From Macrostomum lignano (lineage: Eukaryota), in contig NIVC01000266.1 of assembly GCA_002269645.1 (NCBI GenBank), positions 186,001 through 250,000 on the forward strand: 64,000 nt of DNA, in the 5' to 3' direction. Shown here piece by piece: positions 1 through 9,386 of this stretch; the stretch's first letter is position 1; the number at the start of each line of letters is the position of its first letter. The notes under the pieces were generated by a model. The model had not been told where the DNA came from, did not search any database, and saw only the letters and a program-made list of their open reading frames with translations. Both the position numbers and the translations under genes were made by a program.

Positions 1-960
1 TCTCTCTAGCTTCTTGATACCCTTTCTAAGTTCTAAGTCTGACTTGGGGCAGTTTCCAATATACTTTCTCTAGCAAAGTGCTATAATAGACAGCAGTGAT
101 GCTTATCTTTGGAGGGTAGAAATCAGTGTAGATTATTATTTCCTTGCAGTCCTAGAATAGTAAGTTGAAACTTGTTAACAGAGGGACCTGACTTGGCATA
201 GACTAGTCAGGATTTGTTAGGACCTACCCACTGCATTCATTAGCACTTAGTCTCAGGTAGGAAATGTGGCAAAGGGGTTTCATCATAGTTATAATGTGCT
301 GCCAGAAACAGTTGCCCATGTCCTCTAATATATCAATGTACATAGTTATATAGGCCACTATTGTTCACTTCTGCTCAGCTATCAGCAGCCTTGGGACCCA
401 GGGGAGCTAAGTTTCTTTAGTTGCAAATCCTCATAGACAATCTTCTCCAAAAAGCCATAAGAGATACTTGTGGATACCTTCATTTTATCAAATGTGAGCC
501 GCTAGTCTTTATCCAAAAGGGCCATACATGGTCCATATTCTTTTCTGTTGTCATAGTCAATGGACCCCGAACTGTGTACATCATCTTTGAGGTCATGTTG
601 TCTAGCAGCAAAGTGGGTAATCCACTTGCTCACTGTGGATCTGTCAGGAGCCAAGTCATCATAGTGTGCTTATAGGTGCTTAGTAGCCAAGCTTTAGCAG
701 CTTGGCAGTTGATATTGATCCTTTATATAGGAAATGGATGATTGCCCTCTATCTTCATTTTTAATGAAGCTTGGCATCTAGAAAATAGGTGCTTCATTTA
801 TTATCTAGATAATTAAGAACTGTTAATGTGAGTTGAATAAAAGCTTTAATATAAATAGATGATACAATATACCATCTAGTCCATATATAGAAATAAATGT
901 TTCTTTGTTTTAATTCAAGCAAGAGCCCCATGTGCAGAATATATTGTATGCCCATCATAT
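1..960 (-). mobile_element. Highly degenerate mariner (Tc1/mariner) element, running off the window start
   Basis: Minus-strand translation across stops and frameshifts gives HFLYKG (N-terminus, ~730), APDRSTVSKWITHF (HTH), WVPRLLIAEQK (~375-402; mariner WVPHEL motif) and FWQHIIT/DET (~275-310). The left end TATGATGGGCATACAA (~945-960) resembles a CpG-decayed TACGAGGG-type TIR. Confidence 0.75.
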
Positions 961-1038
961 TAAATTATATAGATTATATGTCATTGACTATAATAATCTT
1001 AATATAGTTGTTTAAAGTATTTATATGTAGCATACTAA

Positions 1039-1794
1039 GGGTGATTCCATATAAGTATGGTCATAATAATTTTAGAAGAAATAAAGTAGAACTCAAAGTC
1101 ATACCATTGTAAAAAGTCAAGTTTGAACAATCAATATACATACTTTATTATTTTGTGAATTCTAGGTGCAAATACATTTTTAATGCATTCAACAACATGA
1201 TAAAGAAATATTGTGATTGTAGCAATAAAAAAATGAAAGAACAGGTTTTAAAGCTTAACTGAAAAATTTCTATGTATATAGTATATGCCAAACAATAAAA
1301 TTTCTACAAAAAGATGTTAACCTATGTGGAAACTTTTTGAGTGCAATATTTTAATGATTGAAGAAATTGTATTTTTTATCTAACTTTGTTTGTGTGCTGG
1401 TCATAACTGTTGCAGTCTTAACATATTTTTCTTTCAATTCAGTAACTTTGAGGTATCAATATTATAAAAATATAATAGATTATATGGTGGCTAATGTTTT
1501 TATCTGATTATGCAAGTATTATAATTTTATCTATAGTTTGTTCAACCTTCCAAAGCTTTCCTTTTGTTTTGAAAAGATACAAAAAGTTAATGATGTCTTC
1601 TGCTTAGAAAAATGTCCAAATTTTTATAAAAATGACTTTGCCAATTGATAACATACTAATCCAACATTTTACCATTCATTTATTCTTAGATTGTATATAT
1701 TACACATTTAAACATTTGGCAAAAATTGGCTAATAGGGCAATGGCAAGCAAAAAAATTTTTTTTAAATATGTCCATGTTATCTGGAATGAGCCC
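1039..1794. mobile_element. Non-autonomous DNA transposon/MITE with ~22-bp imperfect TIRs (possibly PIF/Harbinger-like)
   Basis: GGGTGATTCCATATAAGTATGG at 1039 versus the reverse complement of CCATGTTATCTGGAATGAGCCC (1773-1794); TAA on both outer flanks; AT-rich interior with no ORF. Confidence 0.45.
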
Positions 1795-2543
1795 TAAATA
1801 TTTTCTATAAATAAGATGTCTTATATTTAAAACTTGTAATAAAACAATTGGTTGCTTTCTAATATATAGCATAGTTATTAGGCTCATTTTAACTTCTAAT
1901 TTATTATTTTTTATCTATCTATGCAATTAATTTTTCAAAGTTTTTAGTTAAAACCATTATAATATTATGTTGAGGCGAAAGGCCTTTTTGTTTCAATAGA
2001 ATGGCAGCAAAGATGTTGCACTGCATTGCGCATATATTTATACAAGTGAAAACAGAGCGAGATTATTGAGGGGCTACGCCAACCCCCCTGGCTTAGCAAG
2101 CTGGCTAGCGCAGTGCGCCACCACCCCACCTCAGCTAGACAGAGGTTGGCGGGGGGTTTCCAGTGCAGCTGCACTGGTGTTGCCGGTCGCGTAGTCTGGC
2201 TGCCACACAGCTCACCCCAGCACCAAGCTCAACCCAGCCCATCTCTGACATAAAGCCTGCAAGTTTCTACATTGACACCTACAGTTTTTTTGCATCACTC
2301 AAGTCAACAACAATCAAATTATTGTATAAATTTGCTATAGAAAATGTTTAGTTTTGAAGGTGAACTACTGTCTGCTGACTACTGACTACTGTCAAGAACT
2401 ACTAGAGGCAAGCTCACTCAAACAAATTGATTAGTCAACCTAAGTATACCTTGATTTGTGTTCAGGGCTATAATAACTTTATATTTCTTGTAAAGAAAAA
2501 GTTACTTGTATTTAAATAATAGTTTCTTTTTTCAGGTATCTGC

Positions 2544-5500
2544 ATGCAACCTGCCATACGTCTTGATACAGCTACTGAGAGGGCTGTGTGCTGTTCGCAA
2601 TTCACAAGCCCCACTGACTTCTGGCTACAGCTAAAAGATGATGATAGTCGATCATTGCAAAAATTGACTTCTGAGTTGACTTCTCTCCATAGCGAAGGAC
2701 TTTTAAAGCCAATAGCTAAAGTCAAAACTTCGGACTTCGTCGCAGTGATTAATTCAGAAAATGTTTATCGCGGCCAAGTGCTTGCTTCTGAATCATCCGA
2801 CTATTATAGGATTTTGCTTGTAGACACTGGTGAGACCATCAATGTCCCTATTCAGTCATTGTTTCTTCTGCCTGAAGAATTCAATGCGTTGAACAGGCAA
2901 GCAGTGCATTGCAAACTACGATTAATCAAGGAACCAGACGGAGGTTGGAAACCTGACGAGTGCCAACGCTTGTGGACGGAGATGAGCTCTCAAGATACCG
3001 ACGTTCTTCAGGCAGTTTTCGTCCCCGATGATTCCGAATCTGTTGAATCTCTTGTCCCGGTGGAACTTTGCAGTCGAACCACTTGCAAGTCCATCAACGT
3101 TAGGTTCGGAATTGCTACTAAAAGCCTTGATTTAGAGTCCAATATGACTCAGATGACCACAAGCACAGGTGTGAACTATCTTGGAGTCGTAAGTCACATA
3201 TCCTCGAGCGGATTAATTTTTGCTCAAAAAGTATCTGACGCCAAAAGACTTCATCAGCTAGAGAGCCAGCTTGAAATTCTAGCTAACGTGCGATTTTCAT
3301 CTCATTCGGATATTGTTCCCAGCGTCTTTGGTGTTGAAGTTGGTGGAAAATACTACCGTGCAGGCCTTCTAGGTAGGTCTGATGACGCCCTAGAAGTTAA
3401 TCTACTGGATTACGGTTCCAACGCTACCATTAAAGTTACTGATTGCTTTGTGATTCCAAGTCAGCTTCAGTATGCTCCTTTGGCAAAAGCCTTCCTTATT
3501 GACAAGCGAGTCAACAATCCGCTCAATGAAAAGCATTTAGCTGAAGTTAGAAACTTCATTGGGTCTCCTGCTATTGTTTCTGTGACGCCAGTAGAGGATT
3601 CTAATTCACTAGGCAATTATGCCGAACTAATTCCATGCAACAGTGGATTGCGCCTCTCCGACTGGCTTGAGACCAAAAACATTTTAAAGGCTGCTGACAC
3701 CGCAAATGGCAATCCGAATTCTCGTGCTACCAGCCAGTTATCTCAAAATGAAATCAAATGCGTTTCAGATGCCGTTCAATCTTTGGAAAACTCAGAAGGA
3801 CTTAGCTTTGTTCCATACGACTATACCAGTTTGAATGCAGGTTGCTCTTACTCTGCTGTGTGCTGCGCGACTGAAGACACCGGCGCTGCCTACTTTCAGT
3901 TGGACAAAGACAAATCTATTCTTGAAATGGTATCAAGTGTTTTAAACAGCAACTCACTAAACGAACTCTCGCTGCTCTCAACTTTCAAAATCGGTGCGCC
4001 AGTTATTTTCAAGCAAAATAATTGCCTTTGCCGAGGCTTGATTCGCTCTGTTAGCTACGATACCAACACATGTCTCATTTTCTCCGTCGACTTTGGCACC
4101 CTTGACACAGTTTCTATGTCAAGCATTTTTGCTGCTTCCAATAAAGTCTGCAACATTCCTGTCTGTTGTGTAAAGGTAGACATTAATGACTTTAGGCTGC
4201 TAAAAAGCTCTCTTAGCTCTGTTTTATCAGGCGCCTGTTGTATTATCAAGATTAATTCCGTTTCAGCTGATTTCATCTCTGCGAGCGTTGCTTTATCAGC
4301 TGACTTAAATGGTTTGACTATTGATCCAAACGGTGTCGAAATCTCAGTTGAGCGAGCAAACTCGACCAGCGCTTTGTCAGGCTCATTTTGTTCTTACGAC
4401 ACCCGCCTAACTCCGCTAAGCATTGCCTACATAGCCAAGTCACCTCCTAACGATTCATTCTTGGCCAACATCACGCACATCGAAAATCTGTGTTCATTTT
4501 ACTTGTTGCTGGACGAAGACGTAGAGCTTTTACGCACTACTATGTCCAAAATCCAAGAAATCGCTAAATCATCATGTAAGCTGGAAGGAGAGTTGCATGC
4601 TGGACAACCATGCCTTGCCATGTATACAGAAAACTTTACTTGGTACCGTGCCGCGCTCATTGCCAATTTAGATAACGCCCACTACGTAGTCAAGTTCGTG
4701 GACTATGGAAACATCGCTCTTGTGCCACAAGACTTTTTGCGGTGTATATCCGACGAGGCTTTAAAATGCAGCGCGTTTGCACTTCACTGCAGCCTTGCAG
4801 ATTGTGACCTCCGCTTCTATAGAGAGGAGGCCATTACGAGTTTTAGAAAGCTTCTTAATAAACAACTGTCCGTCAAAGTCGTCGATAAGGACTCTATCCC
4901 GATTAAGGTCCGATTACAGTTTGAGAAGCACGATTTTCTCACTAGTCTGCATAAACTACCAACTACTGCTTATCAACAAGCTTATTCTAAACATGATGCA
5001 AACGAATTGTATGCGGATCATGTCAAATCCAGTAAAAGCAAACACCTCTTAAATTGCATGGAGTTGAATTGGATTGTTTCAAAAAAATCTTACATTAGTT
5101 CCAGCGAAAGTGTTGTGAGCCATGCATCACCTCTAAAAGATTATAGAAAGCTGCACTTGTGGATTCAGAGCAGCCGAGATCTGGATGAGTTGGCTTCCTT
5201 GCAGAGCCAACTCGACGTTGAGGCTGCCAGCTCAGAGGCATTGACTGCACCTCAGATAGGACAGTTCTGCATTGGTCTGTTCGAAGGCGGCTGGTATCGG
5301 GCCGAGGTAAAAGCTGTCAGCTCCGACTCGATTCGCGTGTTGTTCATCGACTATGGCAACGAAGAGGAAGGCTCGCTAGACGAGCTGCAGTTGAAGGTTT
5401 TGCCGAAGCGTGAAGAGTTGTACCGAGATGCTTTTGCTTTCGAATGCATTCTGCAATCTAGCGATAATTGCTGCTTTAGTACTGACGCCTGCGACAAGAT

Positions 5501-8500
5501 CGTCGAGTATGGAGAGTTGCAGTTCAGCATTGATCCGTCAACTGATTCTGAGCCGCCCACGGTCAGCATACCAAAAGACATTCTGCAGTCTCTTACAGTC
5601 ATTGAAGTCACGGATGCTGCTGCAGCCAACGCAGACAGTGCCGCAGTTATTGAGTCAGGGAAGCAACAGATTGAATCACAAGCCAATAAGTCGGAGACAT
5701 GGGCAGTTTCGAAGAGCACCCAAAGCGAAACATTCACAGGAGTTGTAAGCCTCGTTACACCCTCAGATGATGGTACTAAGCTGCACTTGTGGATTCAGAA
5801 CACCCGAGATCTGGATGAGTTGGCTTCCTTGCAGAGCCAACTCGACGTTGAGGCTGCCAGCTCAGAGGCATTGACTGCACCTCAGATAGGACAGTTCTGC
5901 ATTGGTCTGTTCGAAGGCGGCTGGTATCGGGCCGAGGTAAAAGCTGTCAGCTCCGACTCGATTCGCGTGTTGTTCATCGACTATGGCAACGAAGAGGAAG
6001 GCTCGCTAGACGAGCTGCAGTTGAAGGTTTTGCCGCAGCGTGAAGAGTTGTACCGAGATGTTTTTGCTTTCGAATGCATTCTGCAATCTAGCGATAATTG
6101 CTGCTTTAGTACTGACGCCTGCGACAAGATCGTCGAGTATGGAGAGTTGCAGTTCAGCATTGATCCGTCAACTGATTCTGAGCCGCCCACGGTCAGCATA
6201 CCAAAAGACATTCTGCAGTCTCTTACAGTCATTGAAGTCACGGATGCTGCTGCAGCCAACGCAGACAGTGCCGCAGTTATTGAGTCAGGGAAGCAACAGA
6301 TTGAATCACAAGCCAATAAGTCGGAGACATGGGCAGTTTCGAAGAGCACCCAAAGCGAAACATTCACAGGAGTTGTAAGCCTCGTTACACCCTCAGATGA
6401 TGGTACTAAGCTGCACTTGTGGATTCAGAACACCCGAGATCTGGATGAGTTGGCTTCCTTGCAGAGCCAACTCGACGTTGAGGCTGCCAGCTCAGAGGCA
6501 TTGACTGCACCTCAGATAGGACAGTTCTGCATTGGTCTGTTCGAAGGCGGCTGGTATCGGGCCGAGGTAAAAGCTGTCAGCTCCGACTCGATTCGCGTGT
6601 TGTTCATCGACTATGGCAACGAAGAGGAAGGCTCGCTAGACGAGCTGCAGTTGAAGGTTTTGCCGCAGCGTGAAGAGTTGTACCGAGATGTTTTTGCTTT
6701 CGAATGCATTCTGCAATCTAGCGATAATTGCTGCTTTAGTACTGACGCCTGCGACAAGATCGTCGAGTATGGAGAGTTGCAGTTCAGCATTGATCCGTCA
6801 ACTGATTCTGAGCCGCCCACGGTCAGCATACCAAAAGACATTCTGCAGTCTCTTACAGTCATTGAAGTCACGGATGCTGCTGCAGCCAACGCAGACAGTG
6901 CCGCAGTTATTGAGTCAGGGAAGCAACAGATTGAATCACAAGCCAATAAGTCGGAGACATGGGCAGTTTCGAAGAGCACCCAAAGCGAAACATTCACAGG
7001 AGTTGTAAGCCTCGTTACACCCTCAGATGATGGTACTAAGCTGCACTTGTGGATTCAGAACACCCGAGATCTGGATGAGTTGGCTTCCTTGCAGAGCCAA
7101 CTCGACGTTGAGGCTGCCAGCTCAGAGGCATTGACTGCACCTCAGATAGGACAGTTCTGCATTGGTCTGTTCGAAGGCGGCTGGTATCGGGCCGAGGTAA
7201 AAGCTGTCAGCTCCGACTCGATTCGCGTGTTGTTCATCGACTATGGCAACGAAGAGGAAGGCTCGCTAGACGAGCTGCAGTTGAAGGTTTTGCCGCAGCG
7301 TGAAGAGTTGTACCGAGATGTTTTTGCTTTCGAATGCATTCTGCAATCTAGCGATAATTGCTGCTTTAGTACTGACGCCTGCGACAAGATCGTCGAGTAT
7401 GGAGAGTTGCAGTTCAGCATTGATCCGTCAACTGATTCTGAGCCGCCCACGGTCAGCATACCAAAAGACATTCTGCAGTCTCTTACAGTCATTGAAGTCA
7501 CGGATGCTGCTGCAGCCAACGCAGACAGTGCCGCAGTTATTGAGTCAGGGAAGCAACAGATTGAATCACAAGCCAATAAGTCGGAGACATGGGCAGTTTC
7601 GAAGAGCACCCAAAGCGAAACATTCACAGGAGTTGTAAGCCTCGTTACACCCTCAGATGATGGTACTAAGCTGCACTTGTGGATTCAGAACACCCGAGAT
7701 CTGGATGAGTTGGCTTCCTTGCAGAGCCAACTCGACGTTGAGGCTGCCAGCTCAGAGGCATTGACTGCACCTCAGATAGGACAGTTCTGCATTGGTCTGT
7801 TCGAAGGCGGCTGGTATCGGGCCGAGGTAAAAGCTGTCAGCTCCGACTCGATTCGCGTGTTGTTCATCGACTATGGCAACGAAGAGGAAGGCTCGCTAGA
7901 CGAGCTGCAGTTGAAGGTTTTGCCGCAGCGTGAAGAGTTGTACCGAGATGTTTTTGCTTTCGAATGCATTCTGCAATCTAGCGATAATTGCTGCTTTAGT
8001 ACTGACGCCTGCGACAAGATCGTCGAGTATGGAGAGTTGCAGTTCAGCATTGATCCGTCAACTGATTCTGAGCCGCCCACGGTCAGCATACCAAAAGACA
8101 TTCTGCAGTCTCTTACAGTCATTGAAGTCACGGATGCTGCTGCAGCCAACGCAGACAGTGCCGCAGTTATTGAGTCAGGGAAGCAACAGATTGAATCACA
8201 AGCCAATAAGTCGGAGACATGGGCAGTTTCGAAGAGCACCCAAAGCGAAACATTCACAGGAGTTGTAAGCCTCGTTACACCCTCAGATGATGGTACTAAG
8301 CTGCACTTGTGGATTCAGAACACCCGAGATCTGGATGAGTTGGCTTCCTTGCAGAGCCAACTCGACGTTGAGGCTGCCAGCTCAGAGGCATTGACTGCAC
8401 CTCAGATAGGACAGTTCTGCATTGGTCTGTTCGAAGGCGGCTGGTATCGGGCCGAGGTAAAAGCTGTCAGCTCCGACTCGATTCGCGTGTTGTTCATCGA

Positions 8501-9386
8501 CTATGGCAACGAAGAGGAAGGCTCGCTAGACGAGCTGCAGTTGAAGGTTTTGCCGCAGCGTGAAGAGTTGTACCGAGATGCTTTTGCTTTCGAATGCATT
8601 CTTGAATCTAGCGACAATCGCTGCTTTAGTCCTGACGCCTGCGACAAGATCGTCGAGTATGGAGAGTTGCAGTTCAGCATTGATCCGTCAACTGATTCTG
8701 AGCCGCCCACGGTCAGCATACCAAAAGACATTCTGCAGTCTCTTACAGTCATTGAAGTCACGGATGCTGCTGCAGCCAACGCAGACAGTGCCGCAGTTAT
8801 TGAGTCGGGGAAGCAACAGATTGAATCACAAGCCAATAAGTCGGAGACATGGGCAGTTTCGAAGAGCACCCAAAGCGGAACATTCACAGGAGTTGTAAGC
8901 CTCGTTACACCCTCAGATGATGGTACTAAGCTGCACTTGTGGATTCAGAGCAGCCGAGATCTGGATGAGTTGGCTTCCTTGCAGAGCCAACTCGACGTTG
9001 AGGCTGCCAGCTCAGAGGCATTGACTGCACCTCAGATAGGACAGTTCTGCATTGGTCTGTTCGAAGGCGGCTGGTATCGGGCCGAGGTAAAAGCTGTCAG
9101 CTCCGACTCGATTCGCGTGTTGTTCATCGACTATGGCAACGAAGAGGAAGGCTCGCTAGACGAGCTGCAGTTGAAGGTTTTGCCGCAGCGTGAAGAGTTG
9201 TACCGAGATGCTTTTGCTTTTGAATGCATTCTTGAATCTAGCGACAATCGCTGCTTTAGTCCCGAAGCGTGCGACAAGATTATCGAATTCGGAGAGTTGA
9301 AGTTCAGCATTAATTGTTTATTGGAATTGGGCCTCCCTCGAGCCAGCATAGCGGACGTGTGTCTGAAGTTTTTATATTCTGCTTAA
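2544..9386 (+). CDS. Multi-Tudor domain protein, block 1 (TDRD6/TDRD15/Tud-like; 11 extended Tudor domains)
   Basis: 2280-aa ORF preceded by a splice acceptor (tttcttttttcag, ending 2535). Four divergent Tudor cores (YRGQV..LVDTG; YYRAG..LDYGS; LCRG..VDFGT; WYRAA..FVDYGN) are followed by 7 copies of CIGLFEGGWYRAEV..VLFIDYGN. Orthology was not resolved. Confidence 0.9.
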   Translation: MQPAIRLDTATERAVCCSQFTSPTDFWLQLKDDDSRSLQKLTSELTSLHSEGLLKPIAKVKTSDFVAVINSENVYRGQVLASESSDYYRILLVDTGETINVPIQSLFLLPEEFNALNRQAVHCKLRLIKEPDGGWKPDECQRLWTEMSSQDTDVLQAVFVPDDSESVESLVPVELCSRTTCKSINVRFGIATKSLDLESNMTQMTTSTGVNYLGVVSHISSSGLIFAQKVSDAKRLHQLESQLEILANVRFSSHSDIVPSVFGVEVGGKYYRAGLLGRSDDALEVNLLDYGSNATIKVTDCFVIPSQLQYAPLAKAFLIDKRVNNPLNEKHLAEVRNFIGSPAIVSVTPVEDSNSLGNYAELIPCNSGLRLSDWLETKNILKAADTANGNPNSRATSQLSQNEIKCVSDAVQSLENSEGLSFVPYDYTSLNAGCSYSAVCCATEDTGAAYFQLDKDKSILEMVSSVLNSNSLNELSLLSTFKIGAPVIFKQNNCLCRGLIRSVSYDTNTCLIFSVDFGTLDTVSMSSIFAASNKVCNIPVCCVKVDINDFRLLKSSLSSVLSGACCIIKINSVSADFISASVALSADLNGLTIDPNGVEISVERANSTSALSGSFCSYDTRLTPLSIAYIAKSPPNDSFLANITHIENLCSFYLLLDEDVELLRTTMSKIQEIAKSSCKLEGELHAGQPCLAMYTENFTWYRAALIANLDNAHYVVKFVDYGNIALVPQDFLRCISDEALKCSAFALHCSLADCDLRFYREEAITSFRKLLNKQLSVKVVDKDSIPIKVRLQFEKHDFLTSLHKLPTTAYQQAYSKHDANELYADHVKSSKSKHLLNCMELNWIVSKKSYISSSESVVSHASPLKDYRKLHLWIQSSRDLDELASLQSQLDVEAASSEALTAPQIGQFCIGLFEGGWYRAEVKAVSSDSIRVLFIDYGNEEEGSLDELQLKVLPKREELYRDAFAFECILQSSDNCCFSTDACDKIVEYGELQFSIDPSTDSEPPTVSIPKDILQSLTVIEVTDAAAANADSAAVIESGKQQIESQANKSETWAVSKSTQSETFTGVVSLVTPSDDGTKLHLWIQNTRDLDELASLQSQLDVEAASSEALTAPQIGQFCIGLFEGGWYRAEVKAVSSDSIRVLFIDYGNEEEGSLDELQLKVLPQREELYRDVFAFECILQSSDNCCFSTDACDKIVEYGELQFSIDPSTDSEPPTVSIPKDILQSLTVIEVTDAAAANADSAAVIESGKQQIESQANKSETWAVSKSTQSETFTGVVSLVTPSDDGTKLHLWIQNTRDLDELASLQSQLDVEAASSEALTAPQIGQFCIGLFEGGWYRAEVKAVSSDSIRVLFIDYGNEEEGSLDELQLKVLPQREELYRDVFAFECILQSSDNCCFSTDACDKIVEYGELQFSIDPSTDSEPPTVSIPKDILQSLTVIEVTDAAAANADSAAVIESGKQQIESQANKSETWAVSKSTQSETFTGVVSLVTPSDDGTKLHLWIQNTRDLDELASLQSQLDVEAASSEALTAPQIGQFCIGLFEGGWYRAEVKAVSSDSIRVLFIDYGNEEEGSLDELQLKVLPQREELYRDVFAFECILQSSDNCCFSTDACDKIVEYGELQFSIDPSTDSEPPTVSIPKDILQSLTVIEVTDAAAANADSAAVIESGKQQIESQANKSETWAVSKSTQSETFTGVVSLVTPSDDGTKLHLWIQNTRDLDELASLQSQLDVEAASSEALTAPQIGQFCIGLFEGGWYRAEVKAVSSDSIRVLFIDYGNEEEGSLDELQLKVLPQREELYRDVFAFECILQSSDNCCFSTDACDKIVEYGELQFSIDPSTDSEPPTVSIPKDILQSLTVIEVTDAAAANADSAAVIESGKQQIESQANKSETWAVSKSTQSETFTGVVSLVTPSDDGTKLHLWIQNTRDLDELASLQSQLDVEAASSEALTAPQIGQFCIGLFEGGWYRAEVKAVSSDSIRVLFIDYGNEEEGSLDELQLKVLPQREELYRDAFAFECILESSDNRCFSPDACDKIVEYGELQFSIDPSTDSEPPTVSIPKDILQSLTVIEVTDAAAANADSAAVIESGKQQIESQANKSETWAVSKSTQSGTFTGVVSLVTPSDDGTKLHLWIQSSRDLDELASLQSQLDVEAASSEALTAPQIGQFCIGLFEGGWYRAEVKAVSSDSIRVLFIDYGNEEEGSLDELQLKVLPQREELYRDAFAFECILESSDNRCFSPEACDKIIEFGELKFSINCLLELGLPRASIADVCLKFLYSA
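5150..9310 (+). repeat. Coding tandem repeat, 630-bp (210-aa) unit, 6 full copies plus 1 partial
   Basis: CTGCACTTGTGGATTCAG recurs at 5151, 5781, 6411, 7041, 7671, 8301 and 8931; copies 2-5 look identical by eye. Confidence 0.95.

Noticed and set aside
421-675. 84-aa plus-strand ORF
   Set aside because: It is antisense to the degenerate mariner transposase.
5351-9349. Repeated 128-aa antisense and 112-aa alternative-frame ORFs
   Set aside because: These are shadows of the 630-bp Tudor repeat with no independent motifs.
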